64,000 nt of DNA from Candidatus Poseidoniaceae archaeon (lineage in GTDB: Archaea; Thermoplasmatota; Poseidoniia; Poseidoniales; Poseidoniaceae). The stretch covers positions 79,458-143,457 of the forward strand of contig CBFIJH010000005.1 of assembly GCA_965662895.1 (NCBI GenBank), read 5' to 3'. The position numbers and the translations under genes were made by a program. The notes under the pieces are model-generated. The model was given only the letters and a program-made list of their open reading frames with translations. It was not told where the DNA came from and made no database searches. Shown piece after piece: positions 36,338 through 47,700 of this stretch; within the stretch, counting starts at the first letter, position 1, and the number at the start of each line of letters is the position of its first letter.

Positions 36338-38869
36338 ATGCTCGGGCGCAGCATTGCGATTGGCATTTTTGCCTTGCTCCTGCTCTCGATTGTACCATCC
36401 GTCCAAGCAGATGACAGTCAGGCATCATCAAATTTGCTCACTGACGGCGTGTCATCAAACGGTTACGTTTGCGATCCAGACGGTTGTTCCCCGAACGATG
36501 GGACCGACTGGTGGCGGATTGATGCGTACAAGGGCGATATTGTGAGCATCACATTTTCTGGCTCGATGAGCAATGCTGCATGGTGGTGTCCTGGCGACGG
36601 TTGGGAAGGTGATTTTTCGATGCACGATGAGAGTGGCAGTCAAATTGCTTCCATGGGTCGCAGCGATGACAATCCTTCCGGAACGCTTTCGAAAACCATG
36701 TCACAACCTGGCTCAGTTTACGTGAAAATCAAAGCGAAGAACTCATGGTGCAATGATGGATTTGATTACACGTTGCTCGCCTCCATCGATAAGACCGATC
36801 GAGACACAGATGAGGATGGCTTTGTTGACGCTGATGATGATTGCGATATCATCGTCGGGACATCCACCAACGATCGAAAAGGCTGCATTGATTCTGATTC
36901 TGATGGATGGTCCGACACAGATTCGGGATGGGATGTTCAAAACGGTGCGGATGCGTTTGAATCCGATCCGACACAATGGAGAGACCGTGATTTTGATGGG
37001 TATGGTGACAACATACTCGGAAATCAACCCGATCACTGTCCCGATAGCCGTGGTTACTCAACATCCGATCGGTACGGCTGCATTGATTCAGATGGTGACT
37101 CATACTCGGATGCGGACCCGGGAGGGTTGGACGGTTTGGAACCTTGGTTTGCCCATCCCGATGGCTTTGCTGATGCGTTCCCGTTCGAATCGACGCAATG
37201 GCACGATACAGACGGTGATGGCTACGGCGACAATTGGGAGGATCCCATGTGGAATGAATCCCACACGGATTGGGGGATAGGCCAGTGGCTTGAAATTGCC
37301 AATCAACCGGATGCCTGTCCATTCATTACGGGTACTTCCTTCGCAGATCGATACGGTTGTCCCGATGCGGATGGTGACGCTTGGTCAGATCCAGGTGAAA
37401 ATTGGACCTCCGTTGAAGGCGCAGATGCGTTCCCGCTCGAACCAACGCAATGGCGTGACAGAGATTTTGACGGGTATGGTGACAATCAGTCCGAAGGTGC
37501 ACGACTCATCGATGATTTCCCAGACAACCCAACCCAATTCAGAGATTCGGATTTTGACGGATGGGGTGACAATCAAACGTATGGAGCTACCCAAATCGAT
37601 GACTTCCCTATGGTTCCGAGTCAGTATCGTGATTCGGATGGTGATGGCTACGGTGACAACATCAGCGGTTTCGAGGGTGACGTCTGCGTGAACTCAAATG
37701 CTGAAGAAGTCGAGAGTGGATGGATTTCAAGGTTTGACCGTTTGGGCTGTCGTGACGTTGACAGCGATGGTTATTCTGATCCAAGCGATGATTGGATTTC
37801 TCACCCACAAGGATTTGCCGACGCTTTCCCAAATGACGCTTCTCAGTGGTTCGACACCGACAATGATGGGTTTGGTGATAATACGGAGTATTTCGATGGA
37901 CTTGCTTGGCGCCTCGCTTACAGAGGAGATGGCTGTCGAACAACCTACGGGCTCTCAACTTTCGACCGATGGGGTTGTCCTGATTCGGATGAGGATGGGT
38001 GGTCCGATCCAACTCCGTACTGGCTTGCGAGTCCGGGTGGTATGGGTGATGCGTGGCCTGAAGATTCTACGCAATGGCACGATCGAGATGGAGACGGTCG
38101 AGGAGACAATCCTTCCGGAACGAAAGCGGATGTGTGTCCTTCTGAGCCAGGAACCTCGGTCGGACCGAGTTCCGGTGGTGATAGATGGGGATGTCCGGAC
38201 ACCGATGGTGATGGATGGTCGAATCTTGGAGATGCTTTCATCCATGAGCCAACGCAATGGCGGGATACGGATGGAGACGGATACGGGGATGAAGTTGATG
38301 GCAATGAACCAGATGCTTGCCCCACGATACGCGGGACCTCGATTCTCGACCGGTTTGGTTGTCGTGACACCGACGGAGATGGTTGGTCTGACCCAACCGA
38401 TGATTGGGATGCACACCCCTACGGCCGAGCGGATGCTTTTCCAACCGAAGCGTTGCAATGGAAAGACACGGATGCAGATGGATTCGGTGATGTTCCACTT
38501 GGTGCTCTTCGGGATGACTGTCCAGAAGACTTCGGTACCTCTGTGCGCGATCTGCAAGGATGCGAAGACAACAACGGTGATGGTTGGTCGAACGAATACG
38601 GTGAGTGGAATGCTGCACTTGCCATCATGGGTGAAGATCCGGCTGCATCTTGGCTGACGTATCTCATCGTTGGAATTTCCTTCATTCTTGGCGCATCGGC
38701 GGCTCTTGTTGTTCGAACCATGCGTACAGAAGATGAGAAGATGCTGACGGAAGACTTGCTGGACATAGGGGGAATCGTGCAACAGTCATCTCCTGAACCA
38801 AATCCAACGCAACTTCCAGATTTGGCCATACCTCTACCACCGCCTCCGGGAGGTGACCATGATGCGTAA
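36338..38869 (+). CDS. Membrane-anchored thrombospondin-type-3-like Ca-binding repeat protein with an N-terminal PPC-like domain
   Basis: Signal peptide; DWWRI..GDIVSITF..VYVKI..YTL (PPC-like); many GC.D.DGDGWSD / DAFP.xPTQW.D.DGDGYGDN repeats; TM; tail PLPPPPGG. Confidence 0.85.
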   Translation: MLGRSIAIGIFALLLLSIVPSVQADDSQASSNLLTDGVSSNGYVCDPDGCSPNDGTDWWRIDAYKGDIVSITFSGSMSNAAWWCPGDGWEGDFSMHDESGSQIASMGRSDDNPSGTLSKTMSQPGSVYVKIKAKNSWCNDGFDYTLLASIDKTDRDTDEDGFVDADDDCDIIVGTSTNDRKGCIDSDSDGWSDTDSGWDVQNGADAFESDPTQWRDRDFDGYGDNILGNQPDHCPDSRGYSTSDRYGCIDSDGDSYSDADPGGLDGLEPWFAHPDGFADAFPFESTQWHDTDGDGYGDNWEDPMWNESHTDWGIGQWLEIANQPDACPFITGTSFADRYGCPDADGDAWSDPGENWTSVEGADAFPLEPTQWRDRDFDGYGDNQSEGARLIDDFPDNPTQFRDSDFDGWGDNQTYGATQIDDFPMVPSQYRDSDGDGYGDNISGFEGDVCVNSNAEEVESGWISRFDRLGCRDVDSDGYSDPSDDWISHPQGFADAFPNDASQWFDTDNDGFGDNTEYFDGLAWRLAYRGDGCRTTYGLSTFDRWGCPDSDEDGWSDPTPYWLASPGGMGDAWPEDSTQWHDRDGDGRGDNPSGTKADVCPSEPGTSVGPSSGGDRWGCPDTDGDGWSNLGDAFIHEPTQWRDTDGDGYGDEVDGNEPDACPTIRGTSILDRFGCRDTDGDGWSDPTDDWDAHPYGRADAFPTEALQWKDTDADGFGDVPLGALRDDCPEDFGTSVRDLQGCEDNNGDGWSNEYGEWNAALAIMGEDPAASWLTYLIVGISFILGASAALVVRTMRTEDEKMLTEDLLDIGGIVQQSSPEPNPTQLPDLAIPLPPPPGGDHDA

Positions 38870-40148
38870 GATTCCGTTCTTCCTCGTGTTGCTGTTCCTT
38901 TTCCCTGCCGCAAGTACAATGAATGTCAGCGCTGAGGCTGACGCTGGTCTCGAAGAGTTGGGCATTGCAATGGTTGCCCTCCGAAACGACACGCTCGACT
39001 TGAATCAAGATGGTGATGTTGATGCAGTTCGTGTGGTTGTTATCCTCAATTCCACAATGGAGTCGATTTACATCGATGTCCGATTGATTGCAACGCACAA
39101 CGATCGAGAAGTTATCGAGTCATCAACCATTGAAGTGATCGGTCAGACCAATGCAAGTCTGACGTACGATGCATGGTCGCGAGGTGAACATGAGCTCTTG
39201 TTGGGTTTCTATGATATGAACGGGGCAGAAATTTCGATGATTGAACTACCGACCTATGAAATGGTTCCAGCATTGCAGACGCCGATGCTCTCTCTCCAAT
39301 TGAATGGGAACATGAATTTGCAAACAGGTTCAAGTTGCGAGATTACTCGAATGTTTGCAGATGAAACCGGCCCACGATATGGTGCCATTGGAACATTGAC
39401 CTTCACTGGTGCCCCCTTCATCGTTCTCGATAATGCTACCAACATCGATTGCTCAAGTTGGCCCGCTGGCGAATATTTGCTCCGTGAAACTTATCGAAAC
39501 GAACTTGGTCAAACTGCTGAAACATCGCTCAATCTGACCATCGAAAATCGACCCGCACCCGCCTTCGATTTGGTCGTTACGGGCGATGGATTGACAACCG
39601 ACAGGTCGTGTTTGGTCGCACTGCAACCCGTCGATTCGAATGAAGATTTTGAACAGTACACCAAGGAATGGGATGTCTCAACCACGTCGATGACTGGTGA
39701 TGGAGCCGTCTACGACTGTTCGAGTCTACCTGCTGGTGTTCATCTCATTGTTCTCAAAGTCACCAACCTAGAAAACATCGCAAGTACGCAAGCTGTCAAC
39801 ATCGTCCGATTGCCCGCTGATGAACTGACTGCTGAAGAACAGGAAACACTCCCCAGTCAATCGTTTGGTGAGGATACGGCAACCGAACAAGTTGGTTGGT
39901 ACACCATTGGCGTACTCGGATTACTTGTTGCGATCGCCGTTTTTGTACTTCTGGTTCGAATTCGTGAGGATGATGACCTTCTCTCTTTGCCTGAGCTTGG
40001 ACCGGCTCCGCAGATTCTGAACGATGGATCACCCGACCCTGAAGGATTGCCTACGGTCGTTGATGATGATGGGCAATTATGGCGAAAGCATCCAGACGGT
40101 TCACTTGATTGGTGGGATACAACCTACAACATTTGGCAGAAGTGGTGA
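38862..40148 (+). CDS. Secreted Ig/PKD-like membrane-anchored protein with a Trp-rich C-terminal cytoplasmic motif
   Basis: SD GGAGGTGA; signal peptide; DLNQDGDVD; LPAGVHLIVLKVTN; TM; ends GQLWRKHPDGSLDWWDTTYNIWQKW. Confidence 0.75.
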   Translation: MRKIPFFLVLLFLFPAASTMNVSAEADAGLEELGIAMVALRNDTLDLNQDGDVDAVRVVVILNSTMESIYIDVRLIATHNDREVIESSTIEVIGQTNASLTYDAWSRGEHELLLGFYDMNGAEISMIELPTYEMVPALQTPMLSLQLNGNMNLQTGSSCEITRMFADETGPRYGAIGTLTFTGAPFIVLDNATNIDCSSWPAGEYLLRETYRNELGQTAETSLNLTIENRPAPAFDLVVTGDGLTTDRSCLVALQPVDSNEDFEQYTKEWDVSTTSMTGDGAVYDCSSLPAGVHLIVLKVTNLENIASTQAVNIVRLPADELTAEEQETLPSQSFGEDTATEQVGWYTIGVLGLLVAIAVFVLLVRIREDDDLLSLPELGPAPQILNDGSPDPEGLPTVVDDDGQLWRKHPDGSLDWWDTTYNIWQKW

Positions 40149-41026
40149 TTGAATTGGCAACGTGGTTGACGTATGTTCTTCTCTCCTTTGTTGTTCTTCT
40201 CGTTCTGCTTGTCTTGAATGGTGTTTGGATTTGGTGGACTCGAATCCGACCACGACAGCCAAAATTGAATGCAAACTGGGCTTCGGATTGTGAACTCACA
40301 ACAAGTGCAGTGTTCCATGAATCGCAAATCACGTTCCGCAATGTCCGAGATTTTCACTGGAGGACAACAAAAGATCGTGATGAGAAATGGGCCGATGAGG
40401 TCACAGTCGATTCAACAAAGGTGAAACACATCTGGTTTGTGGTCGACCAATTCCACTCGTTTCGTGGTTTATCGCACACATATCTAACGTTCGAATTTTT
40501 GGACGGGACGTGTCTTTCATTCTCCTTTGAAACTCGCCGTGAGCGCGGGAAGCGTTACCATCCTTGGACAGGGCTTTGGCGTTCCTATGAGTTGTACTTA
40601 CTCGTTGGTTTTGAGCGAGATGTGACCCAGTTGCGCACGCACGGGCGTGACAACATCGTATCGATGTATCGTGTGATTACGCCGCCTGACAAAGATCGAC
40701 AAATGATTGTTCAAATGGCTCATAGATTGAATCAACTTGCTGAACGCGCAGAATTTTATCATACGCTTTTCAAAACCTGCAATACTTCAATTGTGAGGGC
40801 AGTGAACACGGTCACGCCTGGTCGAATTCCGTTTTTATGGCGTAATTTCCTTCCGGGGTATACGCCAAAAGCTGCTCTCAAACTCAATTTGGTTGAAGAC
40901 TGGGGTGGGCTTGAAGCCACGATGGAACGTTCTCGAATCGATCAACATGCCAAAGATTGGGACGGTGTGAGCGATTACAGTGCGTTCATTCGCTCCGCAC
41001 TACCTCCATCACCTTTGGACGAGTAA
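40145..41026 (+). CDS. DUF4105 (Lnb N-terminal-like) domain membrane protein
   Basis: N-terminal TM; NVRDF.W, HTYLTFEF, SFETRRERG..Y, YEL..VG.ERD..LRT, FYHTLFKTCNT; GTGA overlap. Confidence 0.8.
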   Translation: MIELATWLTYVLLSFVVLLVLLVLNGVWIWWTRIRPRQPKLNANWASDCELTTSAVFHESQITFRNVRDFHWRTTKDRDEKWADEVTVDSTKVKHIWFVVDQFHSFRGLSHTYLTFEFLDGTCLSFSFETRRERGKRYHPWTGLWRSYELYLLVGFERDVTQLRTHGRDNIVSMYRVITPPDKDRQMIVQMAHRLNQLAERAEFYHTLFKTCNTSIVRAVNTVTPGRIPFLWRNFLPGYTPKAALKLNLVEDWGGLEATMERSRIDQHAKDWDGVSDYSAFIRSALPPSPLDE

Positions 41027-41632
41027 CAACAAGTCACCGTCTTTTGCTGATACGGTGATACTTGACTCAATTGCCGTATTCGAAACACCTCGAGTTCCAG
41101 TGACGAGGGTCGCATCCTCAAGCGAATATTGACAACCAATCAGACACACACCCGTTACTTTTCCAAATGGAATCAAACTCACAAGACAGCCTGGTTGAAC
41201 GGCTATTTGTTCTGGATGAGCGGAAACTCGTCGTGCCACCCATCCGTTGAGGAGGATGGTAGCAGAACTTTTGTGCTCAAACAATGAGGAATAAGCTGCA
41301 AGGTGGTGATCGTATCGTCCGATCTCAACACCCACAATGCTTACTTCCGCTGTCGAGTCATGCTGTTCAATCCAACGCAAGCCCTTTGAGATGTCGCTGC
41401 GTTCTTGATTGGAATCGTGAATGATTTGTGCACCTTTGTTCCGGCAATGCGCCAAGGTTTCTGGTGCAATGCTGTCCATGTCGCCAACAACGACATCCGG
41501 CACTATACCACGTTCGAGGAGGCGGTTTGAGGCTCCATCAAGTGCGATAAGAGTGGAATAATTGGGAAGCTCTCTCTCAAGATTGAATGATTCGGGCCAC
41601 GCACCGTTGGCGATGATGAGTACCCGTGCCAT
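41009..41632 (-). CDS. thiN: Thiamine pyrophosphokinase
   Basis: IIANG, IALDGA, PDVVVGDMDS, Q..SDISKGL, GRYDH, VSLIP, GVSN. Confidence 0.9.
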   Translation of the reverse strand: MARVLIIANGAWPESFNLERELPNYSTLIALDGASNRLLERGIVPDVVVGDMDSIAPETLAHCRNKGAQIIHDSNQERSDISKGLRWIEQHDSTAEVSIVGVEIGRYDHHLAAYSSLFEHKSSATILLNGWVARRVSAHPEQIAVQPGCLVSLIPFGKVTGVCLIGCQYSLEDATLVTGTRGVSNTAIESSITVSAKDGDLLLLVQR

Positions 41633-41740
41633 GTTCCGTCCATTGAAGACTGATTCTTGACATCATGGGTCATATTGAATCAACAAATTGCAACGCAAAG
41701 TCTGACAATGGTTTAGAACGTTGAGTGTTCTAAGGATTTC

Positions 41741-44700
41741 ATGCGCGAGGAGCGGACGCTTTTCAAATCGGTTTTGTCAACCGGACTTGTTCTGCTCATG
41801 CTGGTGCAATTGATGGGGCCAATTGCATCGCAATCGTTGTCAAGCGGACCTGTTTTGCTTGAAGAATTAGAAGCGAATTACACGCTCCCCAACGATCTTC
41901 AACATGGCCACGACTTTGCTGGTAGGACCATTGATGCCGAAGGAATATCCGACTTGCTCGTTCGCCAAGATTCCTCAATCGACATGTGGATGAGCGAAGT
42001 ACTCGTTACTGGCAATTCCGGCGAGCGAAGTACGCCAAGTGTCTACTTGGCAGAGAACGGATCAAAGTACATTTGTTGGATGAACGCACAAGGTGAGGTG
42101 CACATGGGCGTCTACACATCAAGTGGCGTATTTTCAGATTCAATCATCGATAACGTTCCTACCACACATGGAATTATCGGTTGTTCAGTGGTTGTCGATG
42201 AAGCGTATCGCCCACTCGCCATCTATGCAGATGGAGCCAATTTGTCCATGGCAAGACTTGCTTTTGAAGGACAAATTTACAGTTCAGACACGTGGCTCAA
42301 ACGCACCATTATTGAAAACCTCCACCCTCAATCAATGACGGTTCGAGTCACCGATCAAGGTACTGAATTTGCAGTCGTCAGAACGACATCCGGTGAGTTG
42401 TGGCAGGTGAACAACAGCGGCCTACGCTGGTATCATTCTCTCCTTGATGCAGGTCCAGTCGGTGAGGAATTCGAATTGAAGATGGATGCGAACGGCGTCG
42501 CAAACATCGCTTACACTCGTGCTGGAGAAGCAGTTCGTTTGCAAGTTGATGGTGATGTCGTGACTGAACAAATTCTTGTTCGAGACGATTCAACGCACAG
42601 CGCTATCGGCCTTGACTTGGACTTAAACGGACTTGCACAGATTGCGACCACTTCGATCGATGCTGGACAAACACAGCTTTCAATTTACAAGAGTTTGGAA
42701 GACAAAACTACGGGTCGACTTTCCAGCGCTGCAATGCATTCGCATGAACTCTTCCCGGATGTCGTCGAAGGTTCGGCTGCATATGGCGATTTGAATGGAG
42801 ACGGATTCGACGATGTGGTCTTCACTCAACCAGCTGCATCGGACAGTGGATTGAACAACAATGGCCGGGTTGTCATCCTCTTTGGAGGGAACGAAAGTTT
42901 CGACTCCTCAGCACCAACTGTCTTGCGAGGCACACAGACCTCACAAGGGTTTGGAAGTGGGATAGCGATTGGTGAGTTCCTAGCCAACGGAAATCTACAG
43001 ATGCTCATTTCCTCACCTGGCTGGGACAATACGAGCAGGAATGATGGGCTCAATCATGGATTGCTTTCAATGTACGAATGGAACCAATCGCAATTTGACT
43101 TGATTTGGAGTTTCTCAGGAAATACTGAACAGATGCTTGGGGAAGATGTATCGGTTGTTGACGATATGAACGGCGATGGCCATGACGATGTTGTTGCTTT
43201 GCAAGGCAATTGGACGGATGGAACCACGAATGGACGACTTTCTGTTTTCGAAGGTAGTCGTGATGGTTTTGTATGGTCGCACAACATTACTGCGAGCACC
43301 ACTGGGCCATTTTATGGACGTTCGATGTCAAACGGAGGAGATCTCAATGGTGATGGGTACGGTGACTTTGTCGTCTCAAATTCAGGTGATGAGAATTCTC
43401 CGACTGGTCGATCTGCGCTCGAGGTATTCTACGGTTCGTCGAATGGTTTGTCTCTTTCATCGGACAAGAGCATTCAACGTATTCAAGCAGGTACGTTGCT
43501 TGGGACTGTGGTCGAAATTGTGGATGACATTAATGGTGACGGAATGGATGAGCTCCTCGTTCAAGAATTTTCACCAACAGGTTCACCACTCTACAGTGGA
43601 ACAGTCCATCTTTTCATGGGAAATACTTCCGAGAATTTCACTGAAGCTCCGGATTGGACAAGTCAGGGTGCAAACAATCAACGCCTCGGTTGGACGATTG
43701 CATCGGCTGGAGACGTCAATGACGATGGCTACTCCGACACGTTCATTGGCTCAAGTATGACCTATTCCCCATCCGGTCAAATCGACCTCTATTTCGGTTC
43801 TGAAAACGGTCTGGTTGCAACGCCAGAAACGATACGTACTGGCAGCCCAAACGAGCATCTTGGGTTTGTAACGCTTGGCGGTTTTGACTCAAATGCTGAT
43901 GGAGCAATTGAATTTGTATATTCCACTCGCAATGCGACCAGAGGTACGACGTTTGGTGTTGATATGGTGACAGTCAGCAAACAAGATTTTGATACAAGTC
44001 AATTCACATTCGACGGAGATATTCGCGGATTGGAACTTGCCACATCGAATCGTGGCGAAACGGTAATGATGTTTTCATTGAACAATTCATCTGAGCATTC
44101 TCTTCTACATTTGGAACATGTTGATGACGGTTCTCCAGGTGGTTCCTGGGTGACGGAAACGCTCGGGAAGTCATCCTCGTCATACCAATTCCAATTTGAT
44201 GTCACACCTTCTGGTCAACCTGTTTTGGTCATGTTGGATGATACAGATGGACTGGTCCATTCTTCGACGATGTCTTGGACGGCCCTTCACAAAGACATCC
44301 GTACCTTCCAAGATTTTGGAACCTATCCTGCATCAACCATTGATGCAAATGGTGACTTGCACATTGTCTATTCGCACAACTCCATCGAGAAACTGTACTA
44401 TTCGACCGAAGATCCGTCCAGTTCAGATGGATGGGATACGAGTGAAATCTTATCAAATTCCAATCTCACAGCACAGCCAACAATTTGGTTTGAAGGTACT
44501 GATTTGCACGTGTTGTATCGGGACGCGAATCTTGACAAAATCGAGCACATGACCCACACAGGCGGCGCTTGGACGAGTGAAACTGAATTGGATTCTGGTT
44601 ATGCAGTCGGAATTGAACACAGTGCTGTTCAACTTTCAAATGGGACAACATTGGTGGCCACAACTGTCAATAATTCAGGTACTCATGAACTGCAAGTTCT

Positions 44701-47700
44701 CGACATCGACAACGATGCTTCCACAACGTTGAGAACGCTCAGTGATGAAACAGCTGAAATTTCCATGTGCATGGATACCAGCAATACAATTGTCCTTCTT
44801 TCCATGGATTCGAATGGAATCCTTGTCACGCATGAACGGGATGCTTCCACTGAATCATGGTCCAATGTTTCGATGCAACAACTCGGACATCTTAACGGCC
44901 AAACCGATGGATACGACCTCGCATGCACACAATATGGCTCTTCACTCATCTTCGCTGTTCAAGCATCTGTGGATGCTCTGCATGAGCGAACCAACACGGG
45001 CGTATGGTCTTCGTTCGGTGGGCATCCAATTTCCTCGGAGGGCGGTGCATGGGAGATTGTTTCGAATGGAGATGGTGTATCACTGTTGACCACAACTCCC
45101 GGAAGCGATTCGCTCCGTATCAACATGATGCATCTTAATGGACGCATCGAAGACCGTTCAATTTGGTCGTCCCATGAGATGAAGAATGTCTACACCAATG
45201 CCAATTTCTCTGCGAATGTCGATTCAAATGGTACAATTGTGTTCGGATATCTGGATTCACAAGATTTGGATGTTGAGATGCTTCGATTGTACACGGATTC
45301 CGATAGAGATCTCATTTTCGATCGAATCGATGGTATGCCAACCGTCGGCGAGCAGTGGTACGATCAAGACGACGATGGCTTTGGAGATAATCCAACTGGG
45401 CCACTCTCAGATGATTGCCCTTCTGATTCAGGAGCGTCCTATTATCTGATTCAAGGCTGTGAGGATTTTGAACTGGACGGATTTGCTGACGACATCGATG
45501 CTTGCGATACAAACAAAGGCCGTTCAATCTTTGACCGATATGGTTGCCCAGATTTCGATGAGGATGGATGGTCGAACAATGACGGTAACTGGATTTTCGG
45601 CGATCGCTTCCAGCAGAATTGGAAGCAGTCGAAAGACAGTGATGGTGATGGAATTGGTGACAATTACGGTGTTGATTGCTGCGATGCAATTTTTGGTTTG
45701 TCCGGAATTATCGAATACAGTCCGGGTGACAAATTCCCCTACAATCCTCGTCAATACAAAGACTATGACAATGACGGATTCGGCGATAACGACTCGGATA
45801 CATTGACTGGAGATTTCTGTCCATGGGATTATGGAACATCCTATCGCGACCGAAACGGTTGTTTGGATTCTGATGGAGATGGTGCGAGTGATGCATCGAA
45901 CATTGGAGGTTACAATTGGGGTATTGAACAGGGCGCAGACATGTGGCCAACTGACCCAACTCAATGGGCTGATTCGGATGGAGACGGATACGGTGACAAT
46001 GGATCAATCGATGCGACCAATCCTGATTCGTTCCCGAACAACTACGCTGCTGCCGTAGACAACGACTCCGATGGCCACCCGGACCGATGGACAGACCTAT
46101 GGGATGATGTAAACAGGACCGGAGATGATGATGGTGATGGCATCATCAACACAGAGGATTATTGTGGAGATAGCAATCTCTCGGACTCGATTGATATGTT
46201 TGGTTGCAATACGAATGTTTCGCTACGAAACCAGTCGAGTGATAACCCTGTAGCCTACAACGGGGGCTTGGTTTTGGATGGCTGTCCCTTTGTGTTTGGA
46301 ACCTCGACCAATCCTGTTCCGGGATGTCCGGACAGCGATGAGGACGGGTGGGCAAACACCGCTGACGATTTCCCACTCGATCCGACCCAACATCTCGATA
46401 CCGACGAAGACGGCTTTGGCGATAACCCGTCTGGAACGAATCCTGATGCCTGTCCTTTCCAGTATGGTATCGAGGGTGGAACTGGTGGTGACGGCTGTCC
46501 ATTGGTAAGCGAGGATGATGCAGACGGTGATGGCGTGTATGACGATCTTGATCTCTGTCCAGACACTCCTGTTCTTGAAACAGCGGATGCAAATGGATGT
46601 GCAGACAGCCAACTTGATGATGATGAAGATGGAGTTTCGAACTTGGATGACATTTGCCCTGCGACAGTTACGGATGCAGACGTGAATTCAGATGGTTGCA
46701 GCGATGAGCAACTTACGAAGGACAGCGATAATGACGGCATTGTTGATATCAACGACCAATGTCCTGATTCAGTTCCAAATCCCTCCGCTGTCGATTCAAA
46801 TGGTTGCGATGAAAATCAGCGTGATTCAGATGGTGACGGCGTTGTTGACGGTGCTCCCGACCAATGTCCAGATACCTTGCCTGGCTTACCAGTCGATGCA
46901 ACGGGATGTGTTGACGAGGATGCTCTCGATCAAGACCTTGATGGTGATGGCTACTCAGGAGAATACGCATTCGAAATTGATGAAGAAACAGGCCTGAGAA
47001 TCAACCAAGTTGGAGATGCTTTCCCTCTCGATGGTTCGCAATGGTGGGATCAAGATGGGGATGGATTTGGTGACAACGACCAGGGTGATGTTGCCGACTT
47101 CTGTCCAACAGAAGAAGGTACTTCCAACAAAGGCACAATCTATCTCGGTTGTCCCGATCTCGACGAAGATGGCTGGGCTGACAACATCATTGACGTCTTT
47201 CCCGATGATTCAACGCAATGGTTTGATTCTGATGGAGACAGTTACGGTGACAACTGGGGCAATCCTGAATGGAACCAAAGCCGTGAAGCGGATTGGCCAG
47301 GTGAATACATCGAAGGTGCGAATCGAGGTGACAAATGTCCAGACTCACCATCGACGAATGTCAACGAGGATGGTTGTTCCAAGAGTGAGCGAGACACCGA
47401 CCAAGACGGCGTGAATGATTTACTCGACAATTGTCCGGAGCAACCGAAAGGTGCTGATGGATACGATGACGGTTGCCCGCTACCAAAGTCGGAGAGTGAG
47501 AATGGAGAAACAACGATTCTGGGTATGACAACGCCGGTTTTTGGTGGTGTACTCGCAGCAACTGTAGTTGCGCTTCTTGTGTTCACAATCATCATCTCCA
47601 GACTTCGTAACAGAGGGTATGATTTTGATGATGATGACGATGATGAAGATTTCTTCGATGACGATGAAGAGGATGACGACGATGATTTCTTTTCCTCTAT

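Noticed and set aside
36800-38600. Periodic DNA repeats that could suggest a CRISPR or tandem array (also 45.3-47.5 kb)
   Set aside because: The repeats are degenerate at synonymous sites and in frame, so they are protein repeats; there are no identical direct repeats with spacers and no cas genes.
37698-38782. Long alternative-frame and antisense ORFs (319 aa +, 275 aa -) over the TSP3 gene; similarly 5970-6842 over the cyclophilin
   Set aside because: These are shadow ORFs caused by GAT/GAC/GGT-biased codon usage; they show no motifs or translation signals.
41633-41740. TPP riboswitch upstream of thiN, and FMN riboswitch upstream of ribA
   Set aside because: No TPP (CUGAGA/ACCUG) or FMN consensus is visible; ribA appears leaderless.
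47621-47686. GAT/GAC run as a phase-variable microsatellite
   Set aside because: Mixed codons encode an in-frame poly-Asp tract; slippage would not shift the frame.
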